DNA of 64,000 bases from an uncultured Chloroflexia bacterium (GCA_963843925.1 CAWJML010000004.1:289123-353122); one strand, 5' to 3'. Shown: positions 50,363 through 62,703, counted from the first letter of the stretch. Notes: generated from the sequence alone by a model not told the origin. Translations and numbers: made by a program.

Positions 50363-50463
50363 AAAAACCGTTTCGATCGAGTGGAGTATTCCAAATCAGA
50401 TGGGATGATCTGGATGATCATCAGGTTAGTTGTCCATTCTTTTCATCTTCCTGGCGTCGACGC

Positions 50464-50492
50464 TTGCGCCGCCTCCCAAGCTCGTCTATAAT
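50464..50492 (+). promoter_or_regulatory. Promoter TTGCGC-N17-TATAAT, 11 nt upstream of the dnaG ATG
   Basis: TTGCGC at 50464-50469 and TATAAT at 50487-50492. There is no SD before ATG 50504. Confidence 0.5.
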
Positions 50493-50503
50493 TCCTGTAC
50501 TCC

Positions 50504-52429
50504 ATGTCCCAAATAGAAGAAATTAAATCCCGCATCGATATTGTGGATTTGGTCGGGGAGACCGTAAAACTTCGGCGCGCCGGAAAGAATTATTCCGGTC
50601 TGTGTCCATTTCACAACGAAAAAACGCCTTCTTTCATCGTGTCACCGGATCGGCAGACCTGGCGCTGCTTCGGTCAGTGTGGCGAGGGTGGGGATATCTT
50701 TAAATTTGTGATGAAGAAGGAGGGCTGGGATTTTAAGGAAGCCTTGCGTTTCCTGGCAGATCGAGCCGGCGTCAAACTTGAAACCTACCGGGTGGAAAAA
50801 CCAGAGGAGAAGGAAGCCCACGAACGCCTGCATGGACTGCTTGAAGATGCCCTTACCTACTATCGCTATTACCTTTCCACCCCTACTGGAAATTTCGCCC
50901 TTGACTATATCCGCGAAAAACGCCACCTCACCCCTTCGACCATTGAGACCTTCGGCCTTGGTTATGCACCACAGGGTTGGGATACAGCCCTCAAACATTT
51001 CAAGGAGAATGGTTTCACGGAGCCAGAAATGCTTGAGGCCGGTTTGGTTAGCCAGCGTGAGAACGGCAGTTTCATCGACCGTTTTCGAAATCGCTTGATG
51101 ATCCCCATCCGTGACGAGAATGGGCGTATGACCGGCTTTGGCGCCCGCATCCTTGACCCGAATGATGTCCCCAAGTTCATGAATTCTCCCGAAACGCCTC
51201 TTTTCAGCAAAAGTCATTTGCTTTACGGTCTCGACCGGGCCCGTAAGCCCATTCGTGCGGCAGATCAGGCCGTGATCGTGGAAGGCTATCTGGACGTTAT
51301 AGCCTTGCATCAGGCCGGCTTCGAAAATGTTGTCTCACCGATGGGCACATCATTGACCGAAGAGCAGTTGAGACTGCTCAAGAAATTTACCCGTCGAATG
51401 GTGTTGGCTCTCGACCCGGATGCTGCCGGGCAAAAAGCCGTCCTGCGCGGGTTGGATGCCGCCCGCCAGACCCTCGACCGGTCGGATGAAATGGGTTTCG
51501 ATGCCCGCGGCCTGCTCCACCATGAAGCCCGTCTCCAGGCGGATTTGCGGGTTGCCAGCATGCCGGACAACCTGGATCCGGATGAGATCGTCCAGCGCGA
51601 CCCGCAGCAGTGGAAGCAGCTCATCGAGCAGGCACAACCCATCGTCGTCCATGTAATGGGTGCGTTGTCATATGGCCGCGATCTGGACGATGCCAAGGTT
51701 AAATCCGAGATCGTCGCACAGGTATTACCTTTGATTGAGGACATTCCCAACCCGGTCGAACGGGATACCTACCGGCAGCGGCTGGCACGTTTCCTCAAAG
51801 TGGATGAACGCTCGATCAGCGGCACCCAGGCCCGTGGACCTGTCGCCCGGAGGCCCAGGATTCATCCTGTTTCCTCGCAGAGCGGGTCGGAAATATCTCC
51901 TCCTGACATTAGTGCGGTAACCTCCGCCCCGTATAAAATGGAGGCTCACATTCTCGGTCTTCTTTTTCACCGCCCGGACCTGCTGTACCGGTTCGACCGT
52001 GTGCTGCAGGAGGCCAGCCTGGAACGCATGTCCACCGCTGATTTCGGGTATACTCCTCACCAGGAATTATTCAGTTTGGTGCGGATGTCCCTCGAACAGG
52101 ACGTCGACGACCCCGATAGTTACTTGCGGATAAACTTGCCTGCCTCACTGGAGGGTCTGGCGGAGGAATTGAAAACATTGCCAGGCGAACTCGATCCGGT
52201 GGACGATCGTTTGCTGGAAGATCTTTTCCGCACCGTGAAAAAAATCCGGCGCTTGATAACATTGGAGAAAAACAATCAGGATAAATATATGCAGGAAGAC
52301 GCTCAAAAATCAGGTGATAAAACCAGCGCCGATTATTACCGTGAACAGGTACAGCAAAACTCCGTGTTATTACGTGGGCTGGATCAGGCCAGGATCAAGC
52401 CGAACGGGCAACATAAAGAGGGGCAATGA
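50504..52429 (+). CDS. dnaG: DNA primase
   Basis: Zinc finger [11 protein letters not shown]...CFGCGEGGD and the TOPRIM region [12 protein letters not shown]...[10 protein letters not shown]. 641 aa. Confidence 0.95.
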   Translation: MSQIEEIKSRIDIVDLVGETVKLRRAGKNYSGLCPFHNEKTPSFIVSPDRQTWRCFGQCGEGGDIFKFVMKKEGWDFKEALRFLADRAGVKLETYRVEKPEEKEAHERLHGLLEDALTYYRYYLSTPTGNFALDYIREKRHLTPSTIETFGLGYAPQGWDTALKHFKENGFTEPEMLEAGLVSQRENGSFIDRFRNRLMIPIRDENGRMTGFGARILDPNDVPKFMNSPETPLFSKSHLLYGLDRARKPIRAADQAVIVEGYLDVIALHQAGFENVVSPMGTSLTEEQLRLLKKFTRRMVLALDPDAAGQKAVLRGLDAARQTLDRSDEMGFDARGLLHHEARLQADLRVASMPDNLDPDEIVQRDPQQWKQLIEQAQPIVVHVMGALSYGRDLDDAKVKSEIVAQVLPLIEDIPNPVERDTYRQRLARFLKVDERSISGTQARGPVARRPRIHPVSSQSGSEISPPDISAVTSAPYKMEAHILGLLFHRPDLLYRFDRVLQEASLERMSTADFGYTPHQELFSLVRMSLEQDVDDPDSYLRINLPASLEGLAEELKTLPGELDPVDDRLLEDLFRTVKKIRRLITLEKNNQDKYMQEDAQKSGDKTSADYYREQVQQNSVLLRGLDQARIKPNGQHKEGQ

Positions 52430-54036
52430 CTCGAGCAAGTAAACCGAAACCCGGTCCACAACGCCGTAAGGCTTCATCGAAACCAGCAAAGGCTAAATCC
52501 ACTCCAAAGGCTTCCGGGTTCGTGAGACCCAAGCCTGTCGAATCGGATGAAGAACTCGACCAGGTTGTTGCGTCTGAGGAAGAACAGCCTGCGCCCGAAG
52601 AGTTGAATGGGCTGGGAGTTGAAGACCCGCTCGAACTGGACCGCGCCGAGTTGGTCGCAGAACTTTCCGAGGATCCGGTCAGGTTGTACCTGCGCGAGAT
52701 CGGCGCAGTCAAATTGCTGGATGCTTCACTGGAATTCCGCCTGGCGACCATTATCGAAGGTCGTCGTGTCATTCTGTTGACCATGCGCCGGCGCAGGATG
52801 GGAAAACATACCCCGGCCTTGCCCGTTACGGTCGCGTACCATAACTTATTGCGTGACCTGGCTATTGCCTGGTCACGGTTTGGCGAGGATTCAGCCCTGT
52901 TTGGCGCGGTTGTACCCGATCCGGCATTGTTGCTGGAGGAGGCGCAAGGTCTTCACAAAGGTTGGGAGCACAATACTACGCCGTCTTACCTGCACTCGTA
53001 CATGGAACAAAAAGCGTGGGGGCAGGACACACGTTGGGACAGTCTGGTGGGTCATGCGTACAATGTCTATGTAATTTTCTACATTTTGCCGGAGGCTTTT
53101 GCGGCCTGGTTATTGAACCACTTGAAAACCCATCATGGTTTTCCAACACAGCGGACCCAGTTCCACAACCTTCCAGCGGAATCCGAATTGAATGAAGAGG
53201 TCGAAACCATCCGCCTTCGTGCCGATGAGGCTAATGCTGCCATCATTCGCGCCAACCTACGCCTGGTGGTCAGTGTTGCCAAGCGTTACCTCGGGCGGGG
53301 TATTTCCTTCCTGGATTTGATCCAGGAAGGAAACCTGGGCTTGCTGCGGGCGGTCAATAAGTTCGATCCTCGCAGGGGCTTCAAGTTCAGTACCTACGCC
53401 ACCTGGTGGATTCGCCAGTCCATAAACCGCTCGATTGCCGAGCAAGCCCGCACCATCCGCATCCCGGTGCATCTTTTCGAGTCTATCACCCGCATTTTAC
53501 GGATCCAGCGTCAGCTTACACAACAGCTCGGACGCGACCCCACGAATAATGAGATCTCCCTTGAGTTTGGTTTTCTAAGTCCCCCGGACGTGCAGTTAAT
53601 TTTACGGGCGCGGGCTGAGGAAAACCCGCTTCCCCCTGAAACCCAGCGACGCTGGGAAATGGCGACCGCCAAGGTGGATCGGATTCTTCGCTCCGCTGAG
53701 GAACCTGTTTCGCTCGAGGGTCCTGTCAGTGGAGATGAAGATTCCAGCCAATTGGGCGATTTTATTGAAGACGTGGATGCCCTCGAGCCTCTCGATGCCG
53801 CTTCTCGTGAGATGCTGCGCGAAACGGTTCAGGGTGCCCTGTCAGCCCTTTCAGAACGCGAGCGCCAGGTTTTGGAATTACGTTTCGGGCTGGTGGATGG
53901 CAAGGATCATACCCTCGAAGAAGTCAGCCGGTACTTTAATGTGACCCGCGAGCGCATCCGCCAGATCGAAGCCAAGGCGCTGCGGAAATTGCGTCATCCC
54001 ACCCGAAGCCGGCACTTAAGGGACTATCTTGGATAG
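52426..54036 (+). CDS. rpoD: Primary (housekeeping) RNA polymerase sigma factor, group 1
   Basis: Region 1.2 [11 protein letters not shown]. Region 2 [56 protein letters not shown]. Regions 3 and 4 include [15 protein letters not shown]...[30 protein letters not shown]. There is a 4-nt overlap with dnaG. Confidence 0.95.
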   Translation: MTRASKPKPGPQRRKASSKPAKAKSTPKASGFVRPKPVESDEELDQVVASEEEQPAPEELNGLGVEDPLELDRAELVAELSEDPVRLYLREIGAVKLLDASLEFRLATIIEGRRVILLTMRRRRMGKHTPALPVTVAYHNLLRDLAIAWSRFGEDSALFGAVVPDPALLLEEAQGLHKGWEHNTTPSYLHSYMEQKAWGQDTRWDSLVGHAYNVYVIFYILPEAFAAWLLNHLKTHHGFPTQRTQFHNLPAESELNEEVETIRLRADEANAAIIRANLRLVVSVAKRYLGRGISFLDLIQEGNLGLLRAVNKFDPRRGFKFSTYATWWIRQSINRSIAEQARTIRIPVHLFESITRILRIQRQLTQQLGRDPTNNEISLEFGFLSPPDVQLILRARAEENPLPPETQRRWEMATAKVDRILRSAEEPVSLEGPVSGDEDSSQLGDFIEDVDALEPLDAASREMLRETVQGALSALSERERQVLELRFGLVDGKDHTLEEVSRYFNVTRERIRQIEAKALRKLRHPTRSRHLRDYLG

Positions 54037-54043
54037 AGATTTC

Positions 54044-54070
54044 AAAACGGCGTTTTTACGCCGTTTTGTT
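54044..54070 (+). terminator. Rho-independent terminator after rpoD
   Basis: AAAACGGCG (54044-54052) pairs with CGCCGTTTT (54059-54067), followed by GTT. Confidence 0.8.
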
Positions 54071-54121
54071 ATGCAACGAAATCCATTTTCCTGGGTTATT
54101 CACTTTGGTCCACGAAACACT

Positions 54122-54138
54122 TTGTGAAATATTACACA
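54122..54138. promoter_or_regulatory. Rex-like operator TTGTGAA-ATAT-TACACA upstream of nuoA
   Basis: 12 of 14 half-site positions match TTGTGAA-N4-TTCACAA. It lies about 25 nt upstream of the extended -10 element TGATATACT (54162-54170). Confidence 0.45.
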
Positions 54139-54210
54139 TACTCGATGCAGAAGAAAGAATATGATATACTTTCCAGCCGGTATGACGTAAACCAAACCTG
54201 AGGAGAACTT

Positions 54211-54567
54211 ATGCTTCTGGAATACGCTGCCATTGCCGCGTTCATCCTTGTTACTACCCTGATCGGCTTTATTGCCATCGGGTTGGGTACTATTTTCGGT
54301 CCCAAACATTCCACTTCTAAAAAATCGATGCCTTATGAATCTGGCATGGATCCCATCGGTCCCGGCACACGCCGCATGCCGGTACGCTTCTATCTAATAG
54401 CTGTCCTTTTCATCCTCTTCGATATTGAAACGGTTTTCTTCCTGCCCTGGGCGCTCGTCTTTCGCCAACTGGGTCTTTTTGGATTAATTGAGATGTTCCT
54501 TTTCATTGCAGTTTTATTGGTAGGCTACTTTTACGCATGGAAGAAAGGAGCACTCGAATGGGAGTAG
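54211..54567 (+). CDS. nuoA: NADH-quinone oxidoreductase subunit A
   Basis: 118 aa with three TM helices, YESGMDP, and [21 protein letters not shown]. Confidence 0.93.
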   Translation: MLLEYAAIAAFILVTTLIGFIAIGLGTIFGPKHSTSKKSMPYESGMDPIGPGTRRMPVRFYLIAVLFILFDIETVFFLPWALVFRQLGLFGLIEMFLFIAVLLVGYFYAWKKGALEWE

Positions 54568-55043
54568 AGCAAAAACTTGGCAACTTGGGAGTCGCCACCA
54601 CCACGCTGGAACAGGCGGTCGCCTGGAGTCGCACCAACGCCATGTGGCCGATGCTTTTTGGTCTCGCCTGTTGTGCAATTGAAATGATGTCCGCCCAGGC
54701 TGCCCATTATGATATGTCACGCTTTGGCATGGAATTGATGCGCCCCAGCCCGCGCCAGTCAGACCTGATGATCGTCGCCGGTCGCGTTACCCGCAAGATG
54801 GCTCCTGTCCTTCGTCGTTTGTATGACCAGATGCCCGAGCCCAAATGGGTTATTGCAATGGGTGATTGTGCTTCCTGCGGTGGCGTTTTCAATAATTATG
54901 CCGTCGTACAAGGTGTGGATGAAGTGGTGCCGGTCGATATCTACGTGGCGGGTTGCCCGCCGCGGCCCGAGGCTCTCATCCATGGTGTGCTGACCCTTTA
55001 TGAAAAAGTTAAGGCAATGAAATTCGCCGAGGAAAAGAAATAA
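54558..55043 (+). CDS. nuoB: NADH-quinone oxidoreductase subunit B
   Basis: [38 protein letters not shown] and [12 protein letters not shown] 54558 follows GAAAGGAG. Confidence 0.95.
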   Translation: MGVEQKLGNLGVATTTLEQAVAWSRTNAMWPMLFGLACCAIEMMSAQAAHYDMSRFGMELMRPSPRQSDLMIVAGRVTRKMAPVLRRLYDQMPEPKWVIAMGDCASCGGVFNNYAVVQGVDEVVPVDIYVAGCPPRPEALIHGVLTLYEKVKAMKFAEEKK

Positions 55044-55113
55044 GCTTCTATTCCTTTTTTTCCTTCACCATGTCTGGGGTGGTTGTCGCGTGTGAAGGAA
55101 ATGTTCGCGAAGA

Positions 55114-55638
55114 ATGGTGAAGGTACTGATGGACGACAAATTGCAACCAATCGTTGAGAAATTGGCAAAGAACTTCGATGGCATCGCTACGGAGTATCGT
55201 GGCGACGTCAGCCTTGAGATCTCCTCGCAGAAGATCGTCGATGCCTGCCGGCAGGTCGAAGCTCAGGGTTTTGAGTTGCTTTCGGCCATGACTGCAGTCG
55301 ACTACTGGCCGCAGACCGATCCCCGTTTCCATGTCGTTTACGAGTTCACTTCGGTTTCGAAGAACCTTGTCTTGACCTTGCGGGTGCCCGTGCCTGGAGT
55401 AAATCCGTCGCTGCCAACGATATCCCATATTTATCGGAATGCCAATTGGCGCGAGCGCGAAATTTGGGACATGTTCGGGATCAAGTTTGCCGATCATCCC
55501 GACCTGCGCCGCATCCTGATGCCTGCTGACTGGGAAGGTCATCCGTTGCGCAAGGATTACCCGCTCGGCTACGAGGAACCGCAGTTCACTTTCAACTTTG
55601 ATGAGATCGACCTGCGCAAACCATACGCCAAGGAATAG
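55114..55638 (+). CDS. nuoC: NADH-quinone oxidoreductase subunit C
   Basis: [42 protein letters not shown]. Confidence 0.93.
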   Translation: MVKVLMDDKLQPIVEKLAKNFDGIATEYRGDVSLEISSQKIVDACRQVEAQGFELLSAMTAVDYWPQTDPRFHVVYEFTSVSKNLVLTLRVPVPGVNPSLPTISHIYRNANWREREIWDMFGIKFADHPDLRRILMPADWEGHPLRKDYPLGYEEPQFTFNFDEIDLRKPYAKE

Positions 55639-55643
55639 TGGCT

Positions 55644-56873
55644 ATGCCTGATATCCAAGAAATTACCGTTGATGATCTGAAACATTTGGTTTCCGATAAG
55701 GCTGTTCAGGGTGAAAATGTCCTCCTGAACATGGGTCCGCAGCACCCTTCCACGCATGGTGTTCTGCGTCTTTTACTTGAGCTGGATGGCGAGCGGGTCG
55801 TCAATTGCATCCCCGATATTGGTTTCTTGCATACCGGTATCGAGAAGAACATGGAAGCCAAGACATACCAGAAGGCTGAAGTGATGACCGACCGGTTGGA
55901 CTATCTGAATACGGTGGGTAACAACCTGGCATATACCCTGGCGGTTGAAAAGTTGGTCGATCTGGATGTGCCGGTGCGTGCCCAGGCCGTCCGGGTCATC
56001 CTGACCGAACTCCAACGAATTGCTTCACACCTGGTCTGGCTCGGCACCTCGGCTCTTGATTTGGCAGCCATGTCGATGTTCCTCTATTGTTTCCGGGAAC
56101 GTGAAAATATTCTCGACATTTTCGAGCTCTGCTCCGGGCAGCGCATGATGACAACCTATATCCGCCCGGGCGGCTTGTGGCGGGACGTACCAGTCGAGTT
56201 CGAGGCTGCCGTCCGGAACATCCTCAAGACATTCCCAAAGCGGATCGATGAGTACGAGGCCCTTCTTACCCGTAACCCGCTCATGCTTGACCGGACTTAT
56301 AGCATTGGCAGGCTGACCGGCGAAGAGTGCCTGAACCTTGGGGTCACCGGTCCGATGCTGCGCGCCAGTGGGATCAAATGGGATCTTCGTAAAGCTCGCC
56401 CGTATTCGGGCTATGAACAGTACGATTTTGAGGTCCCCACGCGCACAGAAGGTGACGTCTACGCCCGCTACCTGGTGCGGATCGAGGAGATGCGTCAGTC
56501 GCTCAAGATTGTCCGGCAGGCGCTCGATAAATTGCCCATCGGACCAGTACGTTCCAACAATTACAAGTTCGTTCCGCCGCCGCGCTCCGAGATCGGGGTC
56601 AGCATGGAAGCGCTCATCCACCACTTCAAGTTGTGGACGGAGGGCTATAACGCTCCGCGGGGAGCGGTTTATACTGCGGTCGAATCGCCTCGCGGTGAGT
56701 TAGGTGTGTATCTCGAAAGTGATGGTGGTCCAAAACCGTATCGCGTCCATTGGCGCACCCCCTCATTTGATAACCTGCAGTCTCTGCCGCTGATGGCCAA
56801 GGGTGTCCTGGTGGCGGACCTGGTCGCAATTATTGGCTCAGTAGATATTGTTCTGGGAGATGTGGATCGATGA
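55644..56873 (+). CDS. nuoD: NADH-quinone oxidoreductase subunit D
   Basis: LNMGPQHPSTHGVLRL, GFLHTGIEK and the C-terminus IGSVDIVLGDVDR. ATG 55644 is preferred over GTG 55638 because of the AAGGAA spacing. Confidence 0.95.
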   Translation: MPDIQEITVDDLKHLVSDKAVQGENVLLNMGPQHPSTHGVLRLLLELDGERVVNCIPDIGFLHTGIEKNMEAKTYQKAEVMTDRLDYLNTVGNNLAYTLAVEKLVDLDVPVRAQAVRVILTELQRIASHLVWLGTSALDLAAMSMFLYCFRERENILDIFELCSGQRMMTTYIRPGGLWRDVPVEFEAAVRNILKTFPKRIDEYEALLTRNPLMLDRTYSIGRLTGEECLNLGVTGPMLRASGIKWDLRKARPYSGYEQYDFEVPTRTEGDVYARYLVRIEEMRQSLKIVRQALDKLPIGPVRSNNYKFVPPPRSEIGVSMEALIHHFKLWTEGYNAPRGAVYTAVESPRGELGVYLESDGGPKPYRVHWRTPSFDNLQSLPLMAKGVLVADLVAIIGSVDIVLGDVDR

Positions 56874-57379
56874 GTTTGGCTGACAAATATCCACAGGAAG
56901 TAAAAAAGATCCTGGCGAAATACCCGCCGGAGCAGAAACGTTCGGCGGTCATGCCGCTCCTGTACCTGGCCCAGCGCGAAGGTGGCTTTATTACCAAGGC
57001 AGCCCTGGAAGACATTGCTCAAATGCTCGATATCTCTTCCACCAACGTGGCAGAGATCGTTGGATTTTACACTCTCTACCACGACTCGAAGGATGGTAAA
57101 TATCGCCTGCAGGTTTGTACCGACTTGCCGTGTGCCTTGCGTGGTGCTGACCGGTTCCTCGAGCAGTTGTGTGGGAATCTGGGTATTCAAGTCGGACAGA
57201 CCACTGCCGATGGGGTGATCACGCTCGAAGCGGTGACTTGCCTGGCTGGCTGCGACCGTGCCCCTTTACTCCAGGTCCAATCTCCTGATGGGCTGGAATA
57301 CCATGAGAATATGTCCGTGGACAAGACAATGGAATTGATCGAAGCTCTTCGCAATTCGGGCAGGGAGGTGAAGTCATGA
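56870..57379 (+). CDS. nuoE: NADH-quinone oxidoreductase subunit E
   Basis: KRSAVMPLLYLAQREGG and the 2Fe-2S cysteines VCTDLPC...CLAGCDRAP. Confidence 0.93.
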   Translation: MSLADKYPQEVKKILAKYPPEQKRSAVMPLLYLAQREGGFITKAALEDIAQMLDISSTNVAEIVGFYTLYHDSKDGKYRLQVCTDLPCALRGADRFLEQLCGNLGIQVGQTTADGVITLEAVTCLAGCDRAPLLQVQSPDGLEYHENMSVDKTMELIEALRNSGREVKS

Positions 57380-58636
57380 GCCTCCTTCTGCTCCGTCATC
57401 GTGAGATTCCCGGTATCGACCGGCTGGATATATATCAAAAGAACAGCGGCATTCAGGCTTTCAAAAAAGCAGTCACCAAAATGAAACCGCAGGAAGTCAC
57501 CGATATGGTCAAAGCCTCCGGCTTGCGCGGCCGCGGTGGCGCCGGTTTCCCGACCGGTGTCAAGTGGGGCTTTATTCCTGATAACATCTGGCCTCACTAT
57601 GTCGTCGCCAATGCCGACGAGTCCGAACCCGGCACCTTTAAGGATCGCGAGCTCATGGAATCCAATCCCTTCCAATTCCTGGAAGGGGTGGCGCTTGCCT
57701 CCTACGCCACCGGGGCAAACACAGCCTACATTTATTTACGCGGTGAGTTCTGGCAGATCGCAGATATTCTCGATGCCAGGATCGCCGATATGGAAAAAGC
57801 CGGTTTCCTCGGTGATAAGCTCTTCGGCACGGACTATTCCTTGCGCATCTTTACTCATCTCGGCGCGGGAGCATACATCTGCGGCGAGGAGACCGCCCTG
57901 CTGGAATCGATCGAAGGCAAGCGTGGCATGCCGCGCATCCGCCCGCCCTTCCCGGCGGTCTATGGACTGTATGGTAAGCCCACCGTCGTCAATAATGTCG
58001 AGACGCTTGCCAATGTTCCTTTGATCGTTGATAAGGGCGCCGATTGGTACAAATCATTTGGCACAGCCGATAGCAGCCGGAGTAAAGATCTTCTCGCTCT
58101 CCGGTCATATCAATAAACCGGGTAATTATGAATTGCCCTTCGGCACAACCTACCGTGATCTTATTTTCAATTACGGCGGTGGCATCACGGATGGTCGTCC
58201 GATTAAAGCCATCATGTCTGCCGGCGCTTCCTCTGCCATGATCGTGGCAGACGACAAAGCACTGGACACTCCGATGGATTATGCCTCCGTCCGCTCCCTT
58301 GGTGCGGACCTCGGCTCGGCTTCCGTGATCGTGATCAACGATAGCGTCAATCTGGAGTGGGTCATCAACAAGACCATCCATTTCTTTAAACATGAATCCT
58401 GCGGTAAATGCACTCCCTGCCGCGAAGGATGTTATTGGATGATGAACGTGATCGAACGCATCGAGCGAGGGGAACAGGTCGAGCAGAATACACAACTCCT
58501 GAACAGTGTGGCGAAGGAGATGCAGAATAAATGTCTGTGTCCGTTGGGTGAATTCGCCACCATGGCGGTCACAACCGCAATAGAACGCTTCCCCGCTGAT
58601 TTCCAACCTTCGACCGTCGGAGGCAGTCATGGCTAA
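57376..58636 (+). CDS. nuoF: NADH-quinone oxidoreductase subunit F; frame broken by a net +1 nt near 58077-58080
   Basis: GLRGRGGAGFPTGVKW and YICGEETALLESIEGKRG occur in ORF 57376-58116. ORF 58028-58636 supplies GVKIFSLSGHINKPGNYELPFGTT and ESCGKCTPCREG. Confidence 0.92.
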
Positions 58637-61062
58637 AATGGTATCCCTGACCATTGACGGTCGCCCGGTCTCTGTACCGCAAGGTACCCTTATCGTAAAC
58701 GCCGCCAAGGGTATTGGTATCGATATCCCGGTCTTTTGCTATCATCCAAAAATGGAGCCGGTTGGCATGTGCCGGCAGTGCATGGTCGAGGTGGGACGCC
58801 CGGTTATCGATCGCGCCTCCGGTCAGGTTGTCATGGAGGGCGATAAACCCAGGATTGGCTTCGGTCCAAAGCTGGAAACTGCCTGCACCACACCTGTCGC
58901 TGATGGTATGGTTGTGCTCAGCCAGTCTGAGAAAGCCAGGACCTCCCAGAAGGAGATCCTGGAATTCCTGCTCACCTCACACCCCCTGGATTGCCCGGTC
59001 TGTGACAAGGGCGGCGAATGCCCGCTCCAGAATCTGACCATGGCACATGCTTCCCCTCAGAGTCGTTACATCTTTGATGAGAAACATCATGCCGAAAAGC
59101 ATCTGCCCCTCGGTGATCTGATCTGGTTGGACCGTGAGCGCTGCATTCAATGCGCTCGTTGCATCCGTTTCCAGGACGAGATTGCCGGTGAGCCTGTTCT
59201 GGCTTTTTACCAGCGCGGACGTAACACCGATATCATTACCAATTCTGAACCCGGATTCGACTCGGTCTTTTCCGGTAACACCACCGACATCTGTCCGGTT
59301 GGCGCGCTGACCACTTCAGATTTCCGCTTTGGCGCCCGACCCTGGGAGATGAAAGCTGCCGCCTCCATTTGCTCGCACTGCCCGGTCGGATGCAATATCA
59401 CTTTCAATACTCGTCGCGAAGCCAGTTCAGGTGGAAAAGTTGCCATCAAACGAGTCATGCCTCGCCAGAATGAAGCGGTTAACGAGATATGGATGTGTGA
59501 CAAGGGTCGTTTTGCCTACCACTTCACGGAAAGCGCTGACCGGGTTGTTCAACCGCAGGTCAGGAAAAACGGCAAATTGGAACCGGTTTCATGGGAACAG
59601 GCTCTGAAAGAGACCGGTAAAAAGTTAAAAGGACAGGATGTGATCGTCCTGGCTGGCGGTCGTTTGAGTAATGAAGATTTATTCAATCTGAAACAGCTAG
59701 CCGATGGACTTGGCGGTCAAGCCTTGCTGAACACGCACATGGGCGGCGGTGAACAGACCGTTCGTTATGGCGTGGGGCAGGGGACAAATTTCTCCGATAT
59801 GGGCAAGGGTACCACCATCCTGGTTGCCGCCTCCGATTTGTATAATGAGGCTCCGGTCTGGTACCTGCGTATCAAGCAGGCTGCCCGGCGCGGCGCTACT
59901 CTTATCGTGGTCAATCCACGTGAGACCCGCCTTGAAAAATATGCAGATCACGTCGTCCGTTATGTGTACGGCGATGAGGCGCTCACCGTTGGCGGCTTGC
60001 TCGCCTCCAAACCCGGCAAGCTGGTCGCGGATGCGATCACTTCTGCCGAGAATCTGGTTGTTCTGTACGGCAGCGAGGGCTTGGGATTGGAAGGTTCATC
60101 CGCCCTGGCATCTGCCTGTGCCAGCCTGTTGATGGAGACAAAACATATTGGCCGGGCAAATAACGGCCTGATCGGCGTCTGGCCGCATGCCAATGACCAG
60201 GCAGCCTGGGAACTCGGGTTTAAAACCAGCACCGGACTGGCGAAAATGTTTTCAGGCAAGGTGGTCTATATCGTTGCTGCCGACCCGGTCGGGGACGATC
60301 CCTCCTTGGCTGCTGCACTCAAAGAAGCTAAATCCATCATCGTCCAGGAACTCTTCCCAACACAGACAACTGAACTGGCGGACGTGGTCTTGCCGGCACA
60401 AACCTATACCGAACGGGATGGTTCATTTACATCGGGTGAACGTCGTGTCCAGCGCTTTTACCCTGCGCTCCCGCCGCGCACCGGTTGTAAACCTGATTTT
60501 GCCATTACCGCTCTCATCGCAGGAGAACTCGGTATCAAGCTCGAAGGTCTTTCGGCTGCACGGGTGACAGATAAGATCGCCGCATTCTCCGGTGCATTCA
60601 GCCGTGTTACATACTTGAGTCTGGCTGAAGTCAAAGAACAGTGGCCCATTGTCGGTCGAGGCGACTTGTATTACGGCGGAACGACCTACACCAATCTGCA
60701 GGGTCTGGGTGTCCAACTGGCACTCGCTCCTGATGGCGAGTTAGTCATACCGGATACGGGTGAAGCGCTACGTCCGGATGAGGATCAGTGGTTGGCTGTA
60801 CCGGTGACTCATCTGTATGATCAAGGTGTTACCGTAATCACCTCTCCACTGTTGCAGACGCACATAATGGAGTCGAGTCGTCATACTTAACCCGGAAATG
60901 GCGAAAACTCTTATGGTCGGATCCGGGGATCAGGTTGACTTTAATGGGACCAGGCTTCACGTTCGCCTGGATGCGAATGTCCCGGCATCGGTGGTGCTGG
61001 TACCGCGCAGCCTGGGCGTTCCCATCCAAATGCCGGTCGTGGCGAAGTTGAAGAAAGTGTAA
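58629..61062 (+). CDS. nuoG: NADH-quinone oxidoreductase subunit G; C-terminal about 60 codons displaced by a net +1 nt near 60864-60878
   Basis: Cys clusters: CYHPKMEPVGMCRQC, HPLDCPVCDKGGECPLQ, CIQCARCIRF and CPVGAL. The ORF stops at 60890, but the +1 frame continues VVILNPEMAKTLMVGSGDQVDFNGTRLHVRLDANVPASVVLVPRSLG...KLKKV to TAA 61060-61062. Confidence 0.9.
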
Positions 61063-61074
61063 GGAAGGTCGCGG

Positions 61075-62191
61075 ATGACTTTATTCCATGTATTGGAATG
61101 GCTGATAAAAGGGTTTGTCTGGGCTTTGGTGCTGCTTGGAGGATTTGCCTACCTGACGCTGTACGAGCGCAGGGCGTTAGCTCGCATTCAATCACGCATT
61201 GGCCCGAATCGGGCTGGTCCATTCGGTATCCTCCAGCCCATCGCCGATGCGGTCAAACTGATTTTCAAAGAGGAACTAACCCCTGCCAAGGCTGACAAGC
61301 TGATCTTCCTGCTCGCCCCGGTCATTACAGTAGTTCCTGCTGTGATTATCACCGCCGTCGTGCCCTGGGGTCCAAGTCTGGATATTTTTGGCTATCATCT
61401 GAATCTCTATATTGCCGATATAAACGTTGGGGTCCTCTATATCATGTCCATCGCCTCCATCGCGGTTTACGGCATCGTACTCGCCGGCTGGTCCTCCAAT
61501 AATAAATACGCCATGATGGGCGGGCTGCGCTCTACCGCGCAAATGATCAGTTACGAGCTTGCACTGGGTCTCTCATTCGTCTCAGCCATCTTGCTGGCGG
61601 GATCGATGCGCATGATCGATATCGTTGACATGCAAAAACCCATCTGGTTTGTCCTGCTCCAGCCGGTCGGGACGGGTATCTTCCTGATCGCCACCCTGGC
61701 TGAGGTTAACCGTGCGCCATTCGATATGCCCGAGGCCGAGCAGGAACTGACCGCCGGATATCATACCGAATACTCGGGCATGAAGTTCGCCTTGCTCTTC
61801 ATGGCTGAGTACACCAAGATGATCGCCATCAGCGCCATCGGGGCGACCCTTTTCTTTGGCGGCTATCTTGGACCTTTTGTCGATCGGTTCCCCTGGTTGG
61901 GACCGGTCTACATCTTCATCAAGATTATCATCCTGCTCTTCGGGATGATCTGGGTGCGGGCAACCTTTCCAGCGTATCCGCTATGACCGCCTCATGGCTT
62001 TTGGTTGGAAGGTGCTCCTACCGCTTTCGTTGGCGGTCGTCTTCATTACGGCGGTCGGGATAATCCTTTCCCAGCATTATGGAAATTCGTTGTTGATGGG
62101 CATCATCCCCATTGCTTCTTTATTGGTGGCTGGATTCGCGGTGGCGATGATCGACCGCGAGTTAAGGAGAAAAGATTATGCGCGTCGTTGA
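61075..62191 (+). CDS. nuoH: NADH-quinone oxidoreductase subunit H; frame broken by a net +1 nt near 61969-61973
   Basis: ERRALARIQSRIGPNRAGPFGILQPIADAVKL and EVNRAPFDMPEAEQELTAGYHTEYSGMKFALLF. The ORF ends WVRATFPAYPL-stop, while the next frame reads RIRYDRLMAFGWKVLLPLSLA and continues to 62191. Confidence 0.92.
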
Positions 62192-62696
62192 GCCGTTTGT
62201 CGAAATGGCGCGTGGTCTTTGGACGACGCTCCGTATGATGATTGACAAACCTGTAACGGTTCAATATCCGGAGCAGAAGAAACCGGTCAAACCGCGCTTC
62301 CGCGGTCGGCATGTCCTCAAGCGCTATGATAATGGTCTGGAAAAGTGCATTGGCTGTGCGTTGTGCGCGGCTGCCTGCCCGGCAGATGCGATATTTGTCG
62401 AGTCGGCTGAAAATACGGACGAGCATCGTTTCTCACCCGGAGATCGCTACGCCAGCACCTACGAAATCAACATGCTGCGTTGCATCTACTGTGGTTTTTG
62501 TGAGGATGCCTGTCCCACCGAAGCGATAGTCCTGGGTGACCAGTACGAGCTTTCATTTACCGACCGGCGCCAGGCGATTTACCCCAAGGAAATGTTGATC
62601 GAACCCGTACCTGCTACTGGACAGCCCACCCCGCAAAAGACGAGTCCCGGCGAGTTTACCCGTTCGGTGCCTGCTATGAAAGATCCCCAGGATTAA
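62178..62696 (+). CDS. nuoI: NADH-quinone oxidoreductase subunit I
   Basis: Two 4Fe-4S motifs: CIGCALCAAACP and CIYCGFCEDACP. Confidence 0.95.
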   Translation: MRVVEPFVEMARGLWTTLRMMIDKPVTVQYPEQKKPVKPRFRGRHVLKRYDNGLEKCIGCALCAAACPADAIFVESAENTDEHRFSPGDRYASTYEINMLRCIYCGFCEDACPTEAIVLGDQYELSFTDRRQAIYPKEMLIEPVPATGQPTPQKTSPGEFTRSVPAMKDPQD

Positions 62697-62703
62697 GGTA
62701 TCT

